Positions 24,788 through 39,000 of a DNA stretch of 64,000 bases are shown here, piece by piece (position 1 is the first letter of the stretch; every line of letters begins with the position of its first letter). The stretch is from Podarcis liolepis (taxonomy: Eukaryota). The stretch lies in NCBI GenBank assembly GCA_965112155.1, contig OZ218109.1; one strand, 5' to 3'. The position numbers and the translations under genes were made by a program. Below the pieces are notes generated by a model that saw only the letters and a list, made by a program, of their open reading frames with translations, ran no database searches and was not told the DNA's origin.

Positions 24788-25030
24788 CAGTATTCTTCAA
24801 TCTTGGGTCCCCAGATGATATTGAACTACAACTCCCATAAACCCTTATCATTGACTAAGCTGATAGGAATTGTGAAAGTTGTAACCTCGTGACTTAGTGT
24901 AGGGATAGCCATTGTGGTACCTGACACTTGTTGTGGGCTACAATTTTCATCATCCCTGGCCATTGGCCGCTCTGACTTGAGTTGGTGGCTCCATAACATC
25001 TAGAGGGTACCACGTTGGCTACTGCTGACT
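24788..25030. mobile_element. Two partial short hAT-type MITE copies (aactacaactcccat family)
   Basis: ccagatg...aactacaactcccat...gttgta and gctacaattttcatcatccctggccattggc...aacatctagaggg modules, similar to 35855. Confidence 0.55.
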
Positions 25031-25659
25031 TACAGGGAAGTAAGTTAGTACTGTTGGATAGCTGGGATTGCTTTCTTGTCAATGAGCCAAGTAATAATAC
25101 CATGGACTGGCTCATCTTTGCTCACCTATTCTTGAAGTAGTTTACTGGTAATTCCTTAGAAGATGCTACACAAGAACCATTGTAAGTTGAACATACCATA
25201 TTAGGTTTTCTTTATTCTTCAAGGAAGGGATGTGGGAAGAGAACACAAATGATTGGTAAGAATTGGCCCATATTGGGGTATAAAATGTGGTAGAATAGGG
25301 AAGGAGGTTGAGATCCTGGTGATGCAGGAACTACTCAGGGTAAATCAGCAGCACAAGAGTAGGTGGAAACTAATTGAGGGCATGCTACATAATTTATTAA
25401 TATATCCATGTCACATGTTTTATTAAAGGGGAAGGTGACACTGCAGATAGGTAGACTGGTAGAGAAGTTTGTGTGTAACCATGCTTCAAGATAGATTTTA
25501 GAAGCTGTGGTCTAAATCTGTATGCCTGACATTTGCATGCCACAGGAGGCCTACCAATCCAAACAGAATAGCTGTCACTGTTAAAGCCCTTCATGATTTG
25601 GGACCTCAGTAGCTGAATGATATTTTCTTCCCAGTTACATTTATCTGTGCCTTGAAATA

Positions 25660-25914
25660 CAGTGGTACCTTTGTTTACATAGTTAATTCGTTCCGGAGGT
25701 CCGTTCTTAACCTGAAACTGTTCTTAACTTGAAGCACCACTTTAGCTAATGGGGCCTCCTGCTGCTGCGCTGCCTTTGTGCAATTTCTGTTCTCATCCTG
25801 AAGCAAAGTTCTTAACCTGAGGTACTATTTCTGGGTTAGCGGAGTCTGTAACCTGAAGCGTATGTAACCTGAAGCGTATGTAACCTGAAGCGTATGTAAC
25901 CCGAGGTACCACTG
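25660..25914. mobile_element. Tc1/mariner (Tigger-like) MITE
   Basis: TA|CAGTGGTACCT...AGGTACCACTG|TA. Internal 16-bp tandem repeat tgtaacctgaagcgta x3. Confidence 0.87.
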
Positions 25915-28900
25915 TAATCATCTGAAACTCTTCTCCTAGTACCCCTTGCATACTGAGGTGCGGAGAGAATAGTCACAAGGGAAAAGGCCTTCTGGTTGTG
26001 GAATGCCAGAGAGGCCCACCTGACACACATTTTAATGCCTTTCTGGTGCCAGGCAAAGAACTTTTTTTATTTTCCCAGGCATTTTAAAATTGATTATATT
26101 TATTAATTGAAATAATTAATTCTTTAATCTTTGCATGTTGCTGTGATTTTAGCATGGTCATTTTAGTTCTGTGAAATTCATTTTGGGAGCTCTGTCTTAC
26201 TGATTATTGCTGTGATTTCTAATCTTGTGGTCTCTGTTTTATGGTTGTTTTATTTACTTTAATGATTTCTTGTTTTGTTTAAATAGTTTTTGATCATTGA
26301 CATCACTCAGGGAACTGCTGTTGGGAGACTGATGAATAATAGCAGTTCCACTGATGACATTCAAATTAGCAACTTTAATGCCAGACCTTGCTAGTTGATC
26401 TCTTCTGTTGAAATATATATTTTCTTTAACTTAGTATAATTGAGTAGGATGGATTATCAACTTTAACTCACACTTTTTGTCATACAGAATAAAAATGCAT
26501 AACTAGGCAGTTATCATAAGATTATTCTGAGTAGAGCATGGGATGTGTGGAGATACGCCATAATTCATAGATAATGAGAGGGGGAGAAAACTCCATCACT
26601 ACCTTGGCCTTCCTCCTACATACCTCTACCAGCAGGGCTCTATGAGCCTCCATGTAGGTGCTACTTACATACCCTGAGGTATCTGCAGTCAGCTTGTTCA
26701 GTTTGGTATCACTCTTGGCCCAGTATGTTCACTGATCTCCACAACAAGAATCTGAAGCAGGTTAACAAACGTTAGCTTAGAAGGGAACCTTGCGAGTGCC
26801 AATGCAGATGCACTCTAAGCTAAGGCTTGGAAGGATACTTTTGCTGGAAAGTTGGAGGAAGAAGGGGAGACCATTGGGTCACTCCCAGTTTCTTAACTGT
26901 GGATACAGGGTGGAAGTGTTATAGCTTCATTCGGTTTTCATGAAATGTCATTTCTGGGATTCATAATGTGAAACTACAGTGGTATCAGACATACAGAATA
27001 AAAACTATTTAAAAGCCCTAGTCATATTTCAGGAATTGGGTGTACTGTTATAAGGTGGCCTCAGAAATGAACTTCCTACAAACTGGAGTTGTCCAGAAAT
27101 AATTAACAATGTTTTTACTGTGCTAGTCAATGATATGGTGTTGGTTTAACAGAGAACTTGCTATTTGTCTATAATGTATGTCAAACTGTATTAAATTTGA
27201 CACGCAAAGCATGTATATCATTGTAGATTGTGAGCCTGTGGGACGGGGCTTTACCATTTAGGTCTAAATGATACCTACTTTTGTGAGATGTTTGCTGTTG
27301 ATACTTATTGGAAACAATGGCTTGTCTTTTTCTCTATATACATTGAAGACAAAGGGTTGTCTTCAATGTATATAGAGGAAAAAGTGCATACAATTTTGAA
27401 AAACAGTGATTGGTATTAAATGGGTAGCAGTGAAGGACAGAAGTTGAACTAATTTTCATGTAGTTTAATGGTTCAAACCATGTAGTTAAACTATTTTGTT
27501 GGTAGTAAACTGTTTGCATACTATTAAAAACAATAATTGGTTTCACCCTTTTGGCGAAAACTATTTAAATAGCTATTTATTAGCATACTTAAAAACTCTA
27601 TAAACTCAATATAAATACCAGTTTTAGTCTCCAAGAGGAATGGTGTGAGCCATTACCAGAAGAGGGGGTGTTGCTCCCTTTTGTTTCTACAGCTAGTTGC
27701 TAGGAACATGTTCAGTGTGTAGCATTTCTAAAGTGGTTGATTGCACTTGGAATAGTCTAACACTTTAACCTGACCAGGAAGAGGGGATTAGCATTAGGGT
27801 GGTGGAAAGTCCTGTTCAGTGTTTGCTAATTTGTTACAATCTAGTTTGACCATGAAATGGGATCAATGCAAAGGGTTCTGCACCCAGGAGCTGGCTTAAT
27901 TTTCAGTGCCTTTCACTGATGATCTGTGGAACAAAACAGAGGGAAGTTTTTGCTTTCCCTCAAGTATGTACTTCTAGAGGGGAGCCTAAACCTTTTGAGC
28001 AGCAGCTATTCTTTTGTAGAGTAAGGAGGGCATTCAGATACCCTCCAGGAGTGCCTTTCCCACCAGCAGGAAACAGGGTTAGCTTGCAAAGTTGACTCCT
28101 CTATTGGAAGGAGCTACCAGGCTGCCATAAGCCCCATGGAACCAGTGAAGGCCTTATTTGGTGCCCCAGCTTTCATTTTTCAAAAGTACATGTCTCTACC
28201 CCTCCTAGGAAAAAATTATAATCAAAGTGTGCAGGTACCCTTCTAAGCACCAGTAATTTCTGTGAAATGATTAGCCAGTGAGTGAAGTGAGAGCTGTGAT
28301 TGATAAGTGAGCTGTTTTGACACCAGGCAGTGGGAAAACTTGGGGCTCCAAATAGCTGCTGTCCCCCTTTAGTGCCCTTTTCCTGCTTCTGTCTTATATC
28401 CTAGTCTTTGGATTCACCCAGTTGCTGCTCTGTTTGCTTCACTTTGCTTCCTGCCATCCATATAGAGCAGCTGCTTCAGAAACTCTTTGAAAATGTGGGA
28501 GATGAAATCTGGGGGTCCTTCCCATTGCTGCTTTGTTTGTTTTGCTGCCTATTGGAATGTAGAGTGGATGGCTGCTTGATAGCTGCCTCAGTAGAATACT
28601 GGGGGGTGGGGGAAGGTTATGACAACCATTTGTTGTTTCTGCTGCATACTGTACAATGGGGGTTGTTCCAAAGTTGTTTGGGTGAGGGCAGTTCAGAGGC
28701 TTCATATTGATGGTGATAATAATTATCACATTTTTCCTGGTTCTTTTTTATGAGTGAGCAAGTGCATAAGTATTACTACTACTACTACTACTACCACCAT
28801 CACCTTTTCTCTGCTTGTTCTCAAGTGTTGTTGTTTTGCCAGGGGTGGGACATTTCCAAAGAATCATTCTCATCATCACCTTTTCCTCTTGCCTGGCACA

Positions 28901-30653
28901 CATCAAGGATTGTTCCCAAGTTGTTTGGGAAAGGGAGTGCTCAGTGCAAATGCAGAAAAACTATTACTGCCATCTCTTCATACACCCCTTATTTCAACAG
29001 CTACTCTGATGAGTTTTTTAAATGACTTTCCTTTGCATTTTCCTTGCATTTCTATTTGTTGTTGTTGTTGATATTGTTGTTTATTAAATTTGTATACCAC
29101 CCTTCATCTGACAATCACAGCTTTAAATTTTTGCCTATTCAGGTGTACGGCTGGCTGTAGTGATTCAGGATTCTTCCTGCTTTCAGTTATCTTTTAATTT
29201 CTAGCTCTGATCTACAGCAGCACGTCAGAAGTATTGTATTCTCTGGCAGATCAGCATGCTGGGATGCAGTTGTGACTGGAGTTCAGGGTGGGAGTGATAG
29301 AATTCTTAGATGTTTATCTGTGTAACTCATTCATTTAAGGGACAAGACATTCCTGTGGTTCTATTAAAAGCAGTCACTATTGACTCTGAGCACTACCATT
29401 TTGTCTCACTGCTGCTCCCATGGTGTTATGAAGGTTCTGGTCATACCAATAGTGCACCAGAGGATGCAAAGTATTGAAACATAAAGAAGTATCAAGTGGC
29501 TTGAATTAAAGGTGATCATACTGATACATTGGGCTTTTCTAGGCAACATAAAGGCAAGCAGATCTTGGTAAAGACAAGCAACAACTCAGTGAAGATCTGT
29601 CTCAGCAGGCAAGGAGGCATGAGATCTATTTCCCATCATAAGAAGCCTGTCCTGGATTGCTCAGAGTAGAACATCTGACTCAAGTGACAAACACAACTGT
29701 AGACTGGCTGAGCTATGTTGTTTAATATATTGACTGTTTCTCTCCGTAATTATATTTTATCTTATGCCCCATTTAATGATGTATGTGTTATCAGAACAAA
29801 GCATATTGGTGTTGCAATGATTAAAATTGATTTTTAATGTAATTCAAGACTGTGAAGCTACTAATAGGCATAGCTGTCAGCGTTTCCCTTTTTTAAAGGG
29901 GAAATTTCCTTATTCCGAATAGGATTCCTTGCAAGAAAAGGGGAAAGTTGACAGCTATGACTAATAGGTTTTTAGAAACATTCATCGCTGTTGTTGACTT
30001 TCTTTGAACCAGTGTGGATGTCAAATATATGATCTCAGCTGGGAACATATTTAGATAAAGAATGAGTGTCTTCTGTTGATTCTGCAAGCACTTTTTAAAA
30101 TGATCGGTATCTGGGAGTTGGGGTAATTATCAGTATTTTGGGGGTAGGGATATCAGCAAATTTTGCAAGTCTGTATTACAAATGTGACATTTCCTCATAT
30201 TTCTGTTCTCAGTGCTTAACAGAGATCTAGCCTGCTATACCAATATGATGTTTTTGTTTTTTTAAAAAATACATCATTCCTAATTTTCACCAGCAACCCA
30301 TACACTTTGAAATTGGCACCTTTTGAATAAAAATAATTTGGTAATGTGATTAGGTCACAATCCTATCTAAAAACAGGGGAACTTCAAAAGTAAACACAAA
30401 ACAATGGAGATTAAAAAGACGTCAAATTTCACCCCATATGGCTCCCATATGCTCTTGCATGAGCCTAATCAAATATATATGGAAAACAATTTGGACTTTG
30501 AATTTGGTCCTTCAAGATATAAGGAAGAAAAATTACTAAGTAACAAAAGTAACAGATGCCCATATGAAGGAGCGTTTGTTGCAGATGGGCTACTGGCTAG
30601 TCTGATGACAGTAACCCCTGCTTCTGCTTTTTTTTTAAATCTCGTAACTACAG

Positions 30654-30824
30654 CTGGTTTCAGGAGGAGTTTTCGTCTCAGCAGAAAAGATAGAAAAACA
30701 AACAAGACTATGTATGAATGCAAGAAGAGTGATCAGTACGATACAGCAGATGTCCCAACTTACGAAGAAGTAGCAAAGTATAGACGACAGCCCAATGAGA
30801 AATACAGACTTGTTGTCTTGGTTG
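30654..30824 (+). CDS. MPP7: MPP7 coding exon (HOOK to GUK start), [56 protein letters not shown](G)
   Basis: Acceptor aactacag, donor TTG|gtaagt. 171 nt, phase 1/1. TYEEV motif. Confidence 0.98.
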
Positions 30825-33678
30825 GTAAGTTTTAATTATTTGAATTAGGAACCTAGGTTGTTTAAATAAAGACTAAACTGTTTTGTGTTTCGTGTTATCT
30901 TTTTGGACTTTAAAAATCATATGCCAAAGCAACCTGAAATGCTCAAAAGTCTCAAGAGGCTCATGTGGAAGCAGATGTTTCCTGAGGTCCATATATTCAA
31001 GTATATTTATAAGGAACCACAAGGGCAGGCAGGTACTGTACAAAGATAAAAATGTACATTAGTTGCTCTTTTGCCTCTGGCCTCATCCACCACTGGCATG
31101 TAACCCTCAGAAAGCTGATAGCTGAAAAGTTCAGAGGTGCCCCAGCACAATGGCAGCTAGAACATATGTGTCTATATGCATATCTGAGAACAGTAAGCAT
31201 CCAGCATGAAAGTCTCATGGACTAGCCATATTGACCAGATTGCATGAATATTCATCATATTTATCCTGGGCCTGAAAGCAAGAAGGATATGAGAAGGCTC
31301 TCCTCAGTATGTGAGGCCCAGAAGCAGAGAGAGTGAACTTCTGTCTTTACAGCTTCCATCATTCTTTTTCCTGGCCTGACAGCCTGTGCATTCACCTGCT
31401 GAAAAGATGATTTTCATCCCTTTTCAGTCACATACATTGTTTTCCCACATGGAAAAGCTTATAGCCTTTCTGTAAAGTTTCTCTCCCTATCACGCAGATG
31501 TCATGTGTTTCAGTTCTTAGTTAAGGATTGTGAGCTCCTCTTTGCCGAGCACTTAGAACTTGATTCAAAATCTTGCCCGGTTGGGTGAATTACACTGCAG
31601 AGGGGGAGGCATTATAAGCTTTATTCGGCTTTATTTTACCTGTCTCAAAAAGACAACATAAGAAGAAGCCTCCTGACTCAGGCCAAGGCTCACCTAGTCT
31701 AGTTCTCACAGTGGCCAACCACATACCTAGCAATAGCACTCTCCCAAGTCGTAATTCCTGCCAAATGGTATTCAGGTCATAGTCAACAAATAGTCAACTT
31801 GTATTCATAGTCAACAAATGCCTTGAGATGGTTCACAATACATTTATTTAGCTAGCTCGCTTGCTCCCCTTTTCCTGTGCTCTTAAATCTCATCACACTG
31901 TAGGGATAGCTAATCACAAGCAGATCTGCAGTCATGGTGCAAGACTTATTATTATTATTATTATTATTAAGTGATTGACACATAGCCACAGCAGATTTCA
32001 TCAGTTTTGCTTCCGTTTGCTTTAGAGTGCCATTCTATTTGACTCCAGGGTAAACTCGTCAGAGTTTTATTATTTGCCAGTAGCCAATAAAAAATACCCA
32101 CTATTACATCAATTATGAAGCTAAGGAACATAACTATGAAGCAATCAATATACCAAACACTATTTGCTAATGTGTTACATAAACAAGCTACCCTTTTCTT
32201 CCAAACAGATTCCTAGTCTTCCTTAACTGTGTTTTATCAAAACTAAGTGTGGCCAATGTAGACTAGTAGCTGACTATAGTTGCAGGGTAGCCCAAGCAGT
32301 GTTCTGTTCTGTTCTTGTGTTGGGTGATTCCTATATTACCTCAGCAGTTAATTCCAGCATATGCTCAGGACTGGTCACTTGCAGAAACTTAAGATATGGT
32401 CCAGAACATAAATTAGGATGGGGTTATGGTCTTTGAATCTAGTCAGCAATCTCAGCACTTGATAACCAATTTAGAGATCTTACAAAAGCCTTTTAGAAAT
32501 ATTTTCCAATATACTCCATTTACAATCCAACAATTATAAATTGTTCTTGTACTTGTTGCACTACATTTTAGTTTCTTTTGCAGTAGTGTATAGGCCAATG
32601 TTTCATTAGCAGATTTTCTTCCATTATAAAAAGTTGCAGACCAGAAGAAATATGACCCTCTATCAGGGACTGTTATGAACTGTAGAACTGCTGTTTTTAT
32701 ATAGCTCATATCCAAGGGAACACTTAAAATCAGTTTTTAATAAACAGCTTTGTCATTCTCTAACGCAGAAGTTCAGGCACCTACTACTGTGAGCGAGAGA
32801 TTGTGGGTTCTACACAGCAAGTAATAACATGCTTGAGTTGATTTTACACCTATATCAACAGAGTTCTGTGAAATGTGTGATAAGTAGACTTTTTATAACA
32901 AATCACATATGCTGGCTCTGAGGGATATCTAGAAATTTCGTTTTATTTTGGTGGTACTAAATCAAGTGAAGAAAGTGTGCTTTTACAGTAACAAAAGCAG
33001 CTCACAAATTTATTGCAGACTTCAGTAATTTTGATGTTTTTCTCTTGGTATTAGAAGCAGCATAAGTCTGGCCAATATCATAAAAATGTCTTGGGTAAAA
33101 TGTGGAAAAACTGGCACTGTTAATATAGGTACAGTAGAAATGATCAGATTTAAAAGCTTTGGACATGCTAGTAGCTGCATCCAATACGATGTGTGAAATA
33201 CAATTTTGATGTTAGTGCCAGGAAATACAAGGACAAATAATTAAATTTTCACATAATTGGTTGTGGCAAAAATGTTCAGTTATGAAAACACAATTTATTA
33301 TTGGAGTCTATTTAAAAAATAATTGGCTGCCAAGTAGATGTTTCACTTAAACTTACTTTAAATAAATGAATTCTAATTCACAGAATATAAACTCGATGTA
33401 GAGTTTAGACTATCACTGTTTTGGGATGCGATTCTCCTTTCTATCTAATCCCAGCTCCCGCACATTTGCTGCCATCTGCCTTTTTTCTCTCTTTTCTACC
33501 TAGCAGGCCGAGATGGAGGCTCTAACCAGTTTTGGTTCACCCCAGTAGATAATTTGGATAGTGAATGCTTATTTAGCTGCATTCTAGTCCCTAAAATAAA
33601 AGTAGCCATTGTTTTTAGGTAAGTGGGCCCTGAGCTATGGGGTGGTGTGTTAACCCACTGGAGAAAGCACAAGTCTTG

Positions 33679-33808
33679 AGCTTGAGACTCTTAATCTCAA
33701 GGTTGTGGGTTTGAGCCCCATGTTGGACAAAAGATTCCTGCATTGCTGGGGGTTGGGCTAGGTGACCCTTGTGGTCCCTTCCAACTCTAGAAGTCTGTGA
33801 TTCTATGA
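33679..33808 (+). mobile_element. tRNA-Lys-derived SINE with CR1-type tail
   Basis: gagactcttaatctcaaggttgtgggtttgagcccc (tRNA-Lys-CTT-like), followed by the CR1-like 3' end ggtcccttccaactct...tgattctatga. Confidence 0.8.
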
Positions 33809-34525
33809 CTGATTAACTGTTAGGAGTATTGATATTCAGAAGGGCATTGGAACTGATCGGCTGACAAAATAAAGCGAATGCTAGCAGGAATGGTGCTTTG
33901 TCTAAGAGACAAGCAGAACTCCAAATGCTGCAGGTCTGAATTTAACATTACTGTACATATCCTGACTGACATTTGCTCCAGCACATAATGATGAGCTGTG
34001 ATCTCCCCTCCTCATTGCAGGGAATCAGGGAATCAGAAGGAGTATGAAGGCAGATTAGGCAGAATATGGATCACCAGTATTAGATTTACAGCAAGAGGGT
34101 TTCCCCCAGCTTGCAAACATCTTGCTCTAGTTGCACCTTGGATATAAACCATAAAATGATATCTCCTCAACAACTATGGAACGAAAGGGGCAAAAGTAAT
34201 TATTTAAACCTAGTAATGGTGTTTGTGGTAGGCAGCTGGAGATTTTTAATACACAAGTGGGGTACACAGGGAAGGCTGAAATTAACCCCTTAACACTCAT
34301 TTCCTTTCTGGGAAATGTGTCGATTGATACTTCAGTGCAAAGGTTTAATCTTGGCGTGTTAGGAAAGATGACCAGTTTGTACAAGAAAAGCATCCATTTG
34401 GGTAAGATATTCTGCAGAATGTCAGGGAAAAAAGCAGATGAATTTATTTGGGTTATTTTAAATTCTAATATCATAGTCCTGTGGTCCCCGTATGTCACTT
34501 TATCCTAGGTAAGGGAGAAGTTGGA

Positions 34526-34663
34526 GCAAGAACCAGCAAGCCACTCCAGTATCCCTGCCAAGAAAACTCCATGGACAAAGACAACAGGCATATGTGCCTG
34601 GCGTTCTCTTGTCCATGGGGTCACGAAGAGTCAGACACGACTAAACGACTAAACAACAACAAA
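34526..34663 (+). mobile_element. Short Bov-B-derived (Bov-A-like) retroposon
   Basis: ccactccagtatccctgccaagaaaactccatggac...gtccatggggtcacgaagagtcagacacgactaaacgact plus an (AAC)n tail. 15-bp TSD aagggagaagt[t/a]gga (34511-34525 and 34664-34678). Confidence 0.85.
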
Positions 34664-35854
34664 AAGGGAGAAGTAGGAAATTGTGTAGAATACCTTAATA
34701 GAGGATCTTGATTCAGAGTAGTGGGGGGAGGAGTCTGAAGTGGGCCTTTACATGAAATGTTAACATGATTGAACCAACTAGTTGTTTAAATATTATGGCT
34801 TGTATCCTAATTTTGGGGTCTGTGAATGGAAGGAAAGTTGGAATCATGGGAGCAGTTCTTCTGTATGCTCAACTCTTTCTGTGAAGCAAAAAATGAAGCA
34901 AAAAAGTTTGTATCCAAGCCAATAAATTTTACTGAGTTTTATTTCAGATATAGCTGTTCAAACCAAAAATAAATTAGATGAAGTAAGCTGTTACAGATGC
35001 CTTGCCATGGTTGCTGATCATCTAGATACTCAAAGCACTGAAGACTGTTAATATAGCGTTGATTCAGTTAAAATTTCTGAAATGGCTGGATTTCAAGGCA
35101 AAACAATACAGCAGAACAGCAAAACAAGACAACAGTCATTTTCAAACACCTTGAATGTTTCACAAACCTTGTGAGGAAGACCATGAATAAGTGGAAATCA
35201 AATATGTTTTCATAGCTGTGCAGAGCTTTGATACTACCTTTCTAGAAGGCTTTATTCCTAGTGCTCATGAAAAATCCGTTTTCAACCTACCAGTGACCAT
35301 TCCATTTCCATAGAGATACGATTGTAATTTACTTTCATAAATCACTGTTGTCTGGAGGTGCATAATTGAAAGAATGGTAATACAAGAACAAAAATCTAAT
35401 GCTGATAGTTTCACAGTCATTTTTAATTTTCAGACTGCGCCAACAAATTTTGTTTACATTTTAGACATTCATCTACAGTAATAAATTATAGTTCATGCAA
35501 AGCAAAGATGAAACTTGCCATGCCATTTCTTGCTTAAGTGCACATGGTGTAAATTCAGCAACAGCTTGGCTTTTCTGGAGAATCTATAGTTTGGAAATAA
35601 TGAAAAGTATTTGGCCTTCATTAGTACTTCTTTACTGCACATATGGGTTGGGGTGCAACTAGTCAAATCTGAATATTTAATAACTGTGATGGGTCTGAAT
35701 ATATTAAGCTATTCAGAATATTTATAAATGGCTCACACTCTGGCCCCTTCTATATCAAATTATATAATCTGGAGCTGAGAAGAGAAACGCTAATCACTTA
35801 AGTGTCTCTTTCAGCCTTTCCATCTATGCAGAGGATGGGCTAAACATAATACAC

Positions 35855-35991
35855 CAGGCTTCCTCAACCTTGGCCCTCCAGATGTTTTTTGGCCTACAAC
35901 TCCCATGATCCCTAGCTAGCAGGACCAGTGGTCAGGGATTATGGGAATTGTAGTCTCAAAACATCTGGAGGGTTGAGTTTGAGGAAGCCTG
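35855..35991. mobile_element. hAT-type palindromic MITE
   Basis: 13-bp TIRs CAGGCTTCCTCAA / TTGAGGAAGCCTG. TSD taatacac / aaatacac (7 of 8 match). Near-palindromic body. Confidence 0.9.
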
Positions 35992-36487
35992 AAATACACC
36001 TTTCAATTTTGTGTGTCTTGAGAAAGCTAAGAAGATGAAACAAAGTCACATGAAATTGCTGCCTGTATTCAAAGTACAGTGGATCCTAAATATGTTGGTG
36101 GGAAGATGGATATCCAGTCATGATTCTTGGGTATCTCCAATAATCTCTGCTCTGTCAGATTCATATTTTTGTATATTTAGTAACTGTGTGTGTATCATTC
36201 TTCAACAAAACTGGCAGCGGGTTGTTCATTTTCCAGGTAATGTAGAACTGCAGTTCCTGAAGCCCACAGGTCACAAGAATGAACAACCTGCTGCCTATTT
36301 GGCCAGATTATGATATACACAGAGAGTTACTTGATGTAAGGGCAATCTCTTTATCTCTGCCTAGAGAATGCGGATGGTGCTGAAGTTACACATCTTGTTC
36401 TGGCCTTGTGTCTTTTAAATCTCACATCATAAGGTGTTGCATGATCGAAATAGTAATCGAAGGATAATTGATTACAATGCATTTTAA

Positions 36488-36580
<93 letters not shown>

Positions 36581-37806
36581 TGACAATCAGTTCTGTATAA
36601 AGTTCAGTTTTACTTAATCTGGCATAAGGTGAACATGTTTGAACATATAGGGTATGCCTTTTAGGAGTGCTCCCCTTGAATAAGAATGTAAAGGCTGTGC
36701 TTTTTTCTTGCTGTCGCTAAACACTTTAGAACATAAAAGCTCTCACTTAAAATCTCTGTGAGAGATGGGGTAGGTACTCTTCCAGCATTGTGGAGCTTTG
36801 TCCAACCTGTAGAGGTTGTGCCATAAATGGCACAGAGAGTAGGGATTTGTGGCCCTACTGGACAGAATTGGAGTGGCCCAGGGGCCTGTTATGCCATAGT
36901 CGGGTTTGCACTCCCATCTGCACCTTTAATGCTGACTTGGTGCTTCCACATCACTTCCCAACTTGCTAGAATAGAGGCAAAACCATTCCAAGGGATGACT
37001 AGAACTGATCCATATTTGATATTTTTGCTGTGTTAACAAATTTGAGCAAGCCACCCATTTGCTGAGTGTTGATGCAGCTGACTGACAGGAATGAGTACTT
37101 TAATTATTCTAGGGGTAGGGAGGGAGCATGCAGGCTTAAGGCTCAAAACAAGCCTTGTTGCATCTGAGCAAGGCCTGAATCTGCTCTAACTGTTGAGAAA
37201 ATCGAAAATAAAGTTATCTATAGCGACAAATGAAACACTGAATTCAGTAGCGCAGGAAGTAAATAAGGAACTATTGAAGCAGGGATTAAAGCACTTGTTT
37301 TCAATATAACTTGAAAGGTTATTGAAACTCTCACAAAATTTTATGAATGAAATGTGTGTGGTACAGCACATGTGTAATACCAATGCTTTAATGTGACTGT
37401 TTTTATTGGGTATATTGCTCAGATATTACAAAAAGGAATAAGCAGTATTGGCACTAAGTTTTGCAAGCGTTCTAATTTTTAGGATGTAGTTTTTTCATGA
37501 ATTGCAACAAAGATATCAACTTGAAGGATGTCCAAAAACTGAATTAATTCTGTGCCATGAGATCAATAATGGTTCTTGGACACACATGCTTTCTCATATG
37601 TCCTTCTGAATATTGAAACCACTAGAGAAAGGAGATTTGATATCCTGGGTTGCTTTCAAAAACTCTGGGAACACTTCTGTATGTTATGAAGGGAACACGA
37701 ATGAGGAGAGAATGCATGGAACCTAAGCCAATTCCTGATCTTTGTCAGAGGAGGGAGGAGCTTTTGTGTTATATTCCCCCCTCCACTCACATTGCAACAA
37801 GCTGAT

Positions 37807-37938
37807 AGCATGAGACTCTTAATCTCAGGGTCATGGGTTTGAGTTCCATGTTGTGCAAAAGATTCTTGTATTGCCAGGGGGTTGGACTAGATGACCCTCG
37901 TGGTCCCTTCCAGCTCTACAATTCTATGATTCTGTGAT
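37807..37938 (+). mobile_element. tRNA-Lys-derived SINE with CR1-type tail
   Basis: agcatgagactcttaatctcagggtcatgggtttgag...ggactagatgaccctcgtggtcccttcca...attctatgattctgtgat. Confidence 0.82.
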
Positions 37939-38021
37939 CAAACAGAAAAGACTTCTGTTGGTTTTCTGGTTTTGTTTGTTCATTTGTAAACTGTTTCTTA
38001 TTTCTTTCCCAATAAAACCAG

Positions 38022-38115
38022 ACACAACAAGACCAAGAAGAAGCCAAGAAAGTGATGGCGTTGAGTACATTTTTATTTCCAAGCACTTGTTTGAGACAGA
38101 TGTACAGAACAACAA
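38022..38115 (+). CDS. MPP7: MPP7 coding exon (GUK), (H)[30 protein letters not shown](K)
   Basis: Acceptor aaaaccag, donor CAA|gtatgt. 94 nt, phase 1/2. GUK signature TTR..R..E.DG.EY.F. Confidence 0.97.
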
Positions 38116-38738
38116 GTATGTGGGAAAGCAAGAACTTTTGTCATAACAATGTTTTTTTGTCAGTTTGTGGCTAGACAAATGGAAGGTGCCTCCTCTTCTA
38201 AATATTCAGATCAGAACAAACTTGATTTGAATAGGGGGGGCATCAATGTGTATTCAGATTCTCTTAAATATCTGCTTACTTCCCTACCTGTGATCTGTTG
38301 GCTTGCCTGAACCACTTATTTGCTCATTAACTGACAACTGCTGACCACTAATGGAAAAAATTAATTACCACTAATGGGAATAATACAATTACATATACTG
38401 TTGCCCTCAACTATGATTATAATCCATATGAACACAGTAGCAGTTCTAGACAGCAGATCTCCTGTTCTGGGTTTGAGACCTCTTCTGAAATGTCCAGGAC
38501 AGATGTCAGAAGTTTTAACTCTTTTTATTAACTTCAAAAGTGACTTCTGTATACAGCACCAGCAAAGTCCTGCTTCTGTGCTGAGGCTATGGGTGGGAGG
38601 AAGAGGGAAGGGCCTCACTGACTCTCGTTTGCAAACTTGTTCAGTATTAAGCTGATGCAGTGTTACATAAGATAATGTTATACTCCCCCCCCAAAAAAAA
38701 ATTTGTATTCTTTCTATATAAGAAGTTACATTGAACAA

Positions 38739-38800
38739 TTGGACTAGATGACACTCATGGTCCCTTCCAACTCTATTATTCTATAATTCTATTATTCTAT
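38739..38800 (+). mobile_element. CR1-type 3' end (5'-truncated LINE or SINE tail)
   Basis: ttggactagatgac...ggtcccttccaactct followed by ATTCTAT-like terminal repeats. Confidence 0.7.
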
Positions 38801-39000
38801 TTATTTGTGTGATAAAACAGGTCAGATGTGGAAACAGATGTGGAAACAGCGTTTAATAATCTATTGTTTAGATTATTCACGTTTGCACTTCATTAGTTTC
38901 AAATGAGGATGATAAAAAAAACTTTAGCGGGCTATTTGTTCTCTAGGTCTTTTCTCTGTGTCAGTGAAATAAAAGCAGGTTTACTGTGTGTGTGTATGTG

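Noticed and set aside
25847-25900. Short direct repeats resembling a CRISPR-like array (also 21859-21920 and 50150-50200)
   Set aside because: These are tandem units without spacers, inside MITEs, in a vertebrate genome.
30404-30835. 143-aa ORF in the track as a stand-alone gene
   Set aside because: Only 30654-30824 is MPP7 exon. The rest is open intronic frame running through the pyrimidine tract and acceptor.
33679-33730. tRNA-Lys gene calls (also 12740-12799 and 37807-37856)
   Set aside because: They are degenerate, lack an intact acceptor stem and are fused to CR1 tails, so they are SINE heads rather than tRNA genes.
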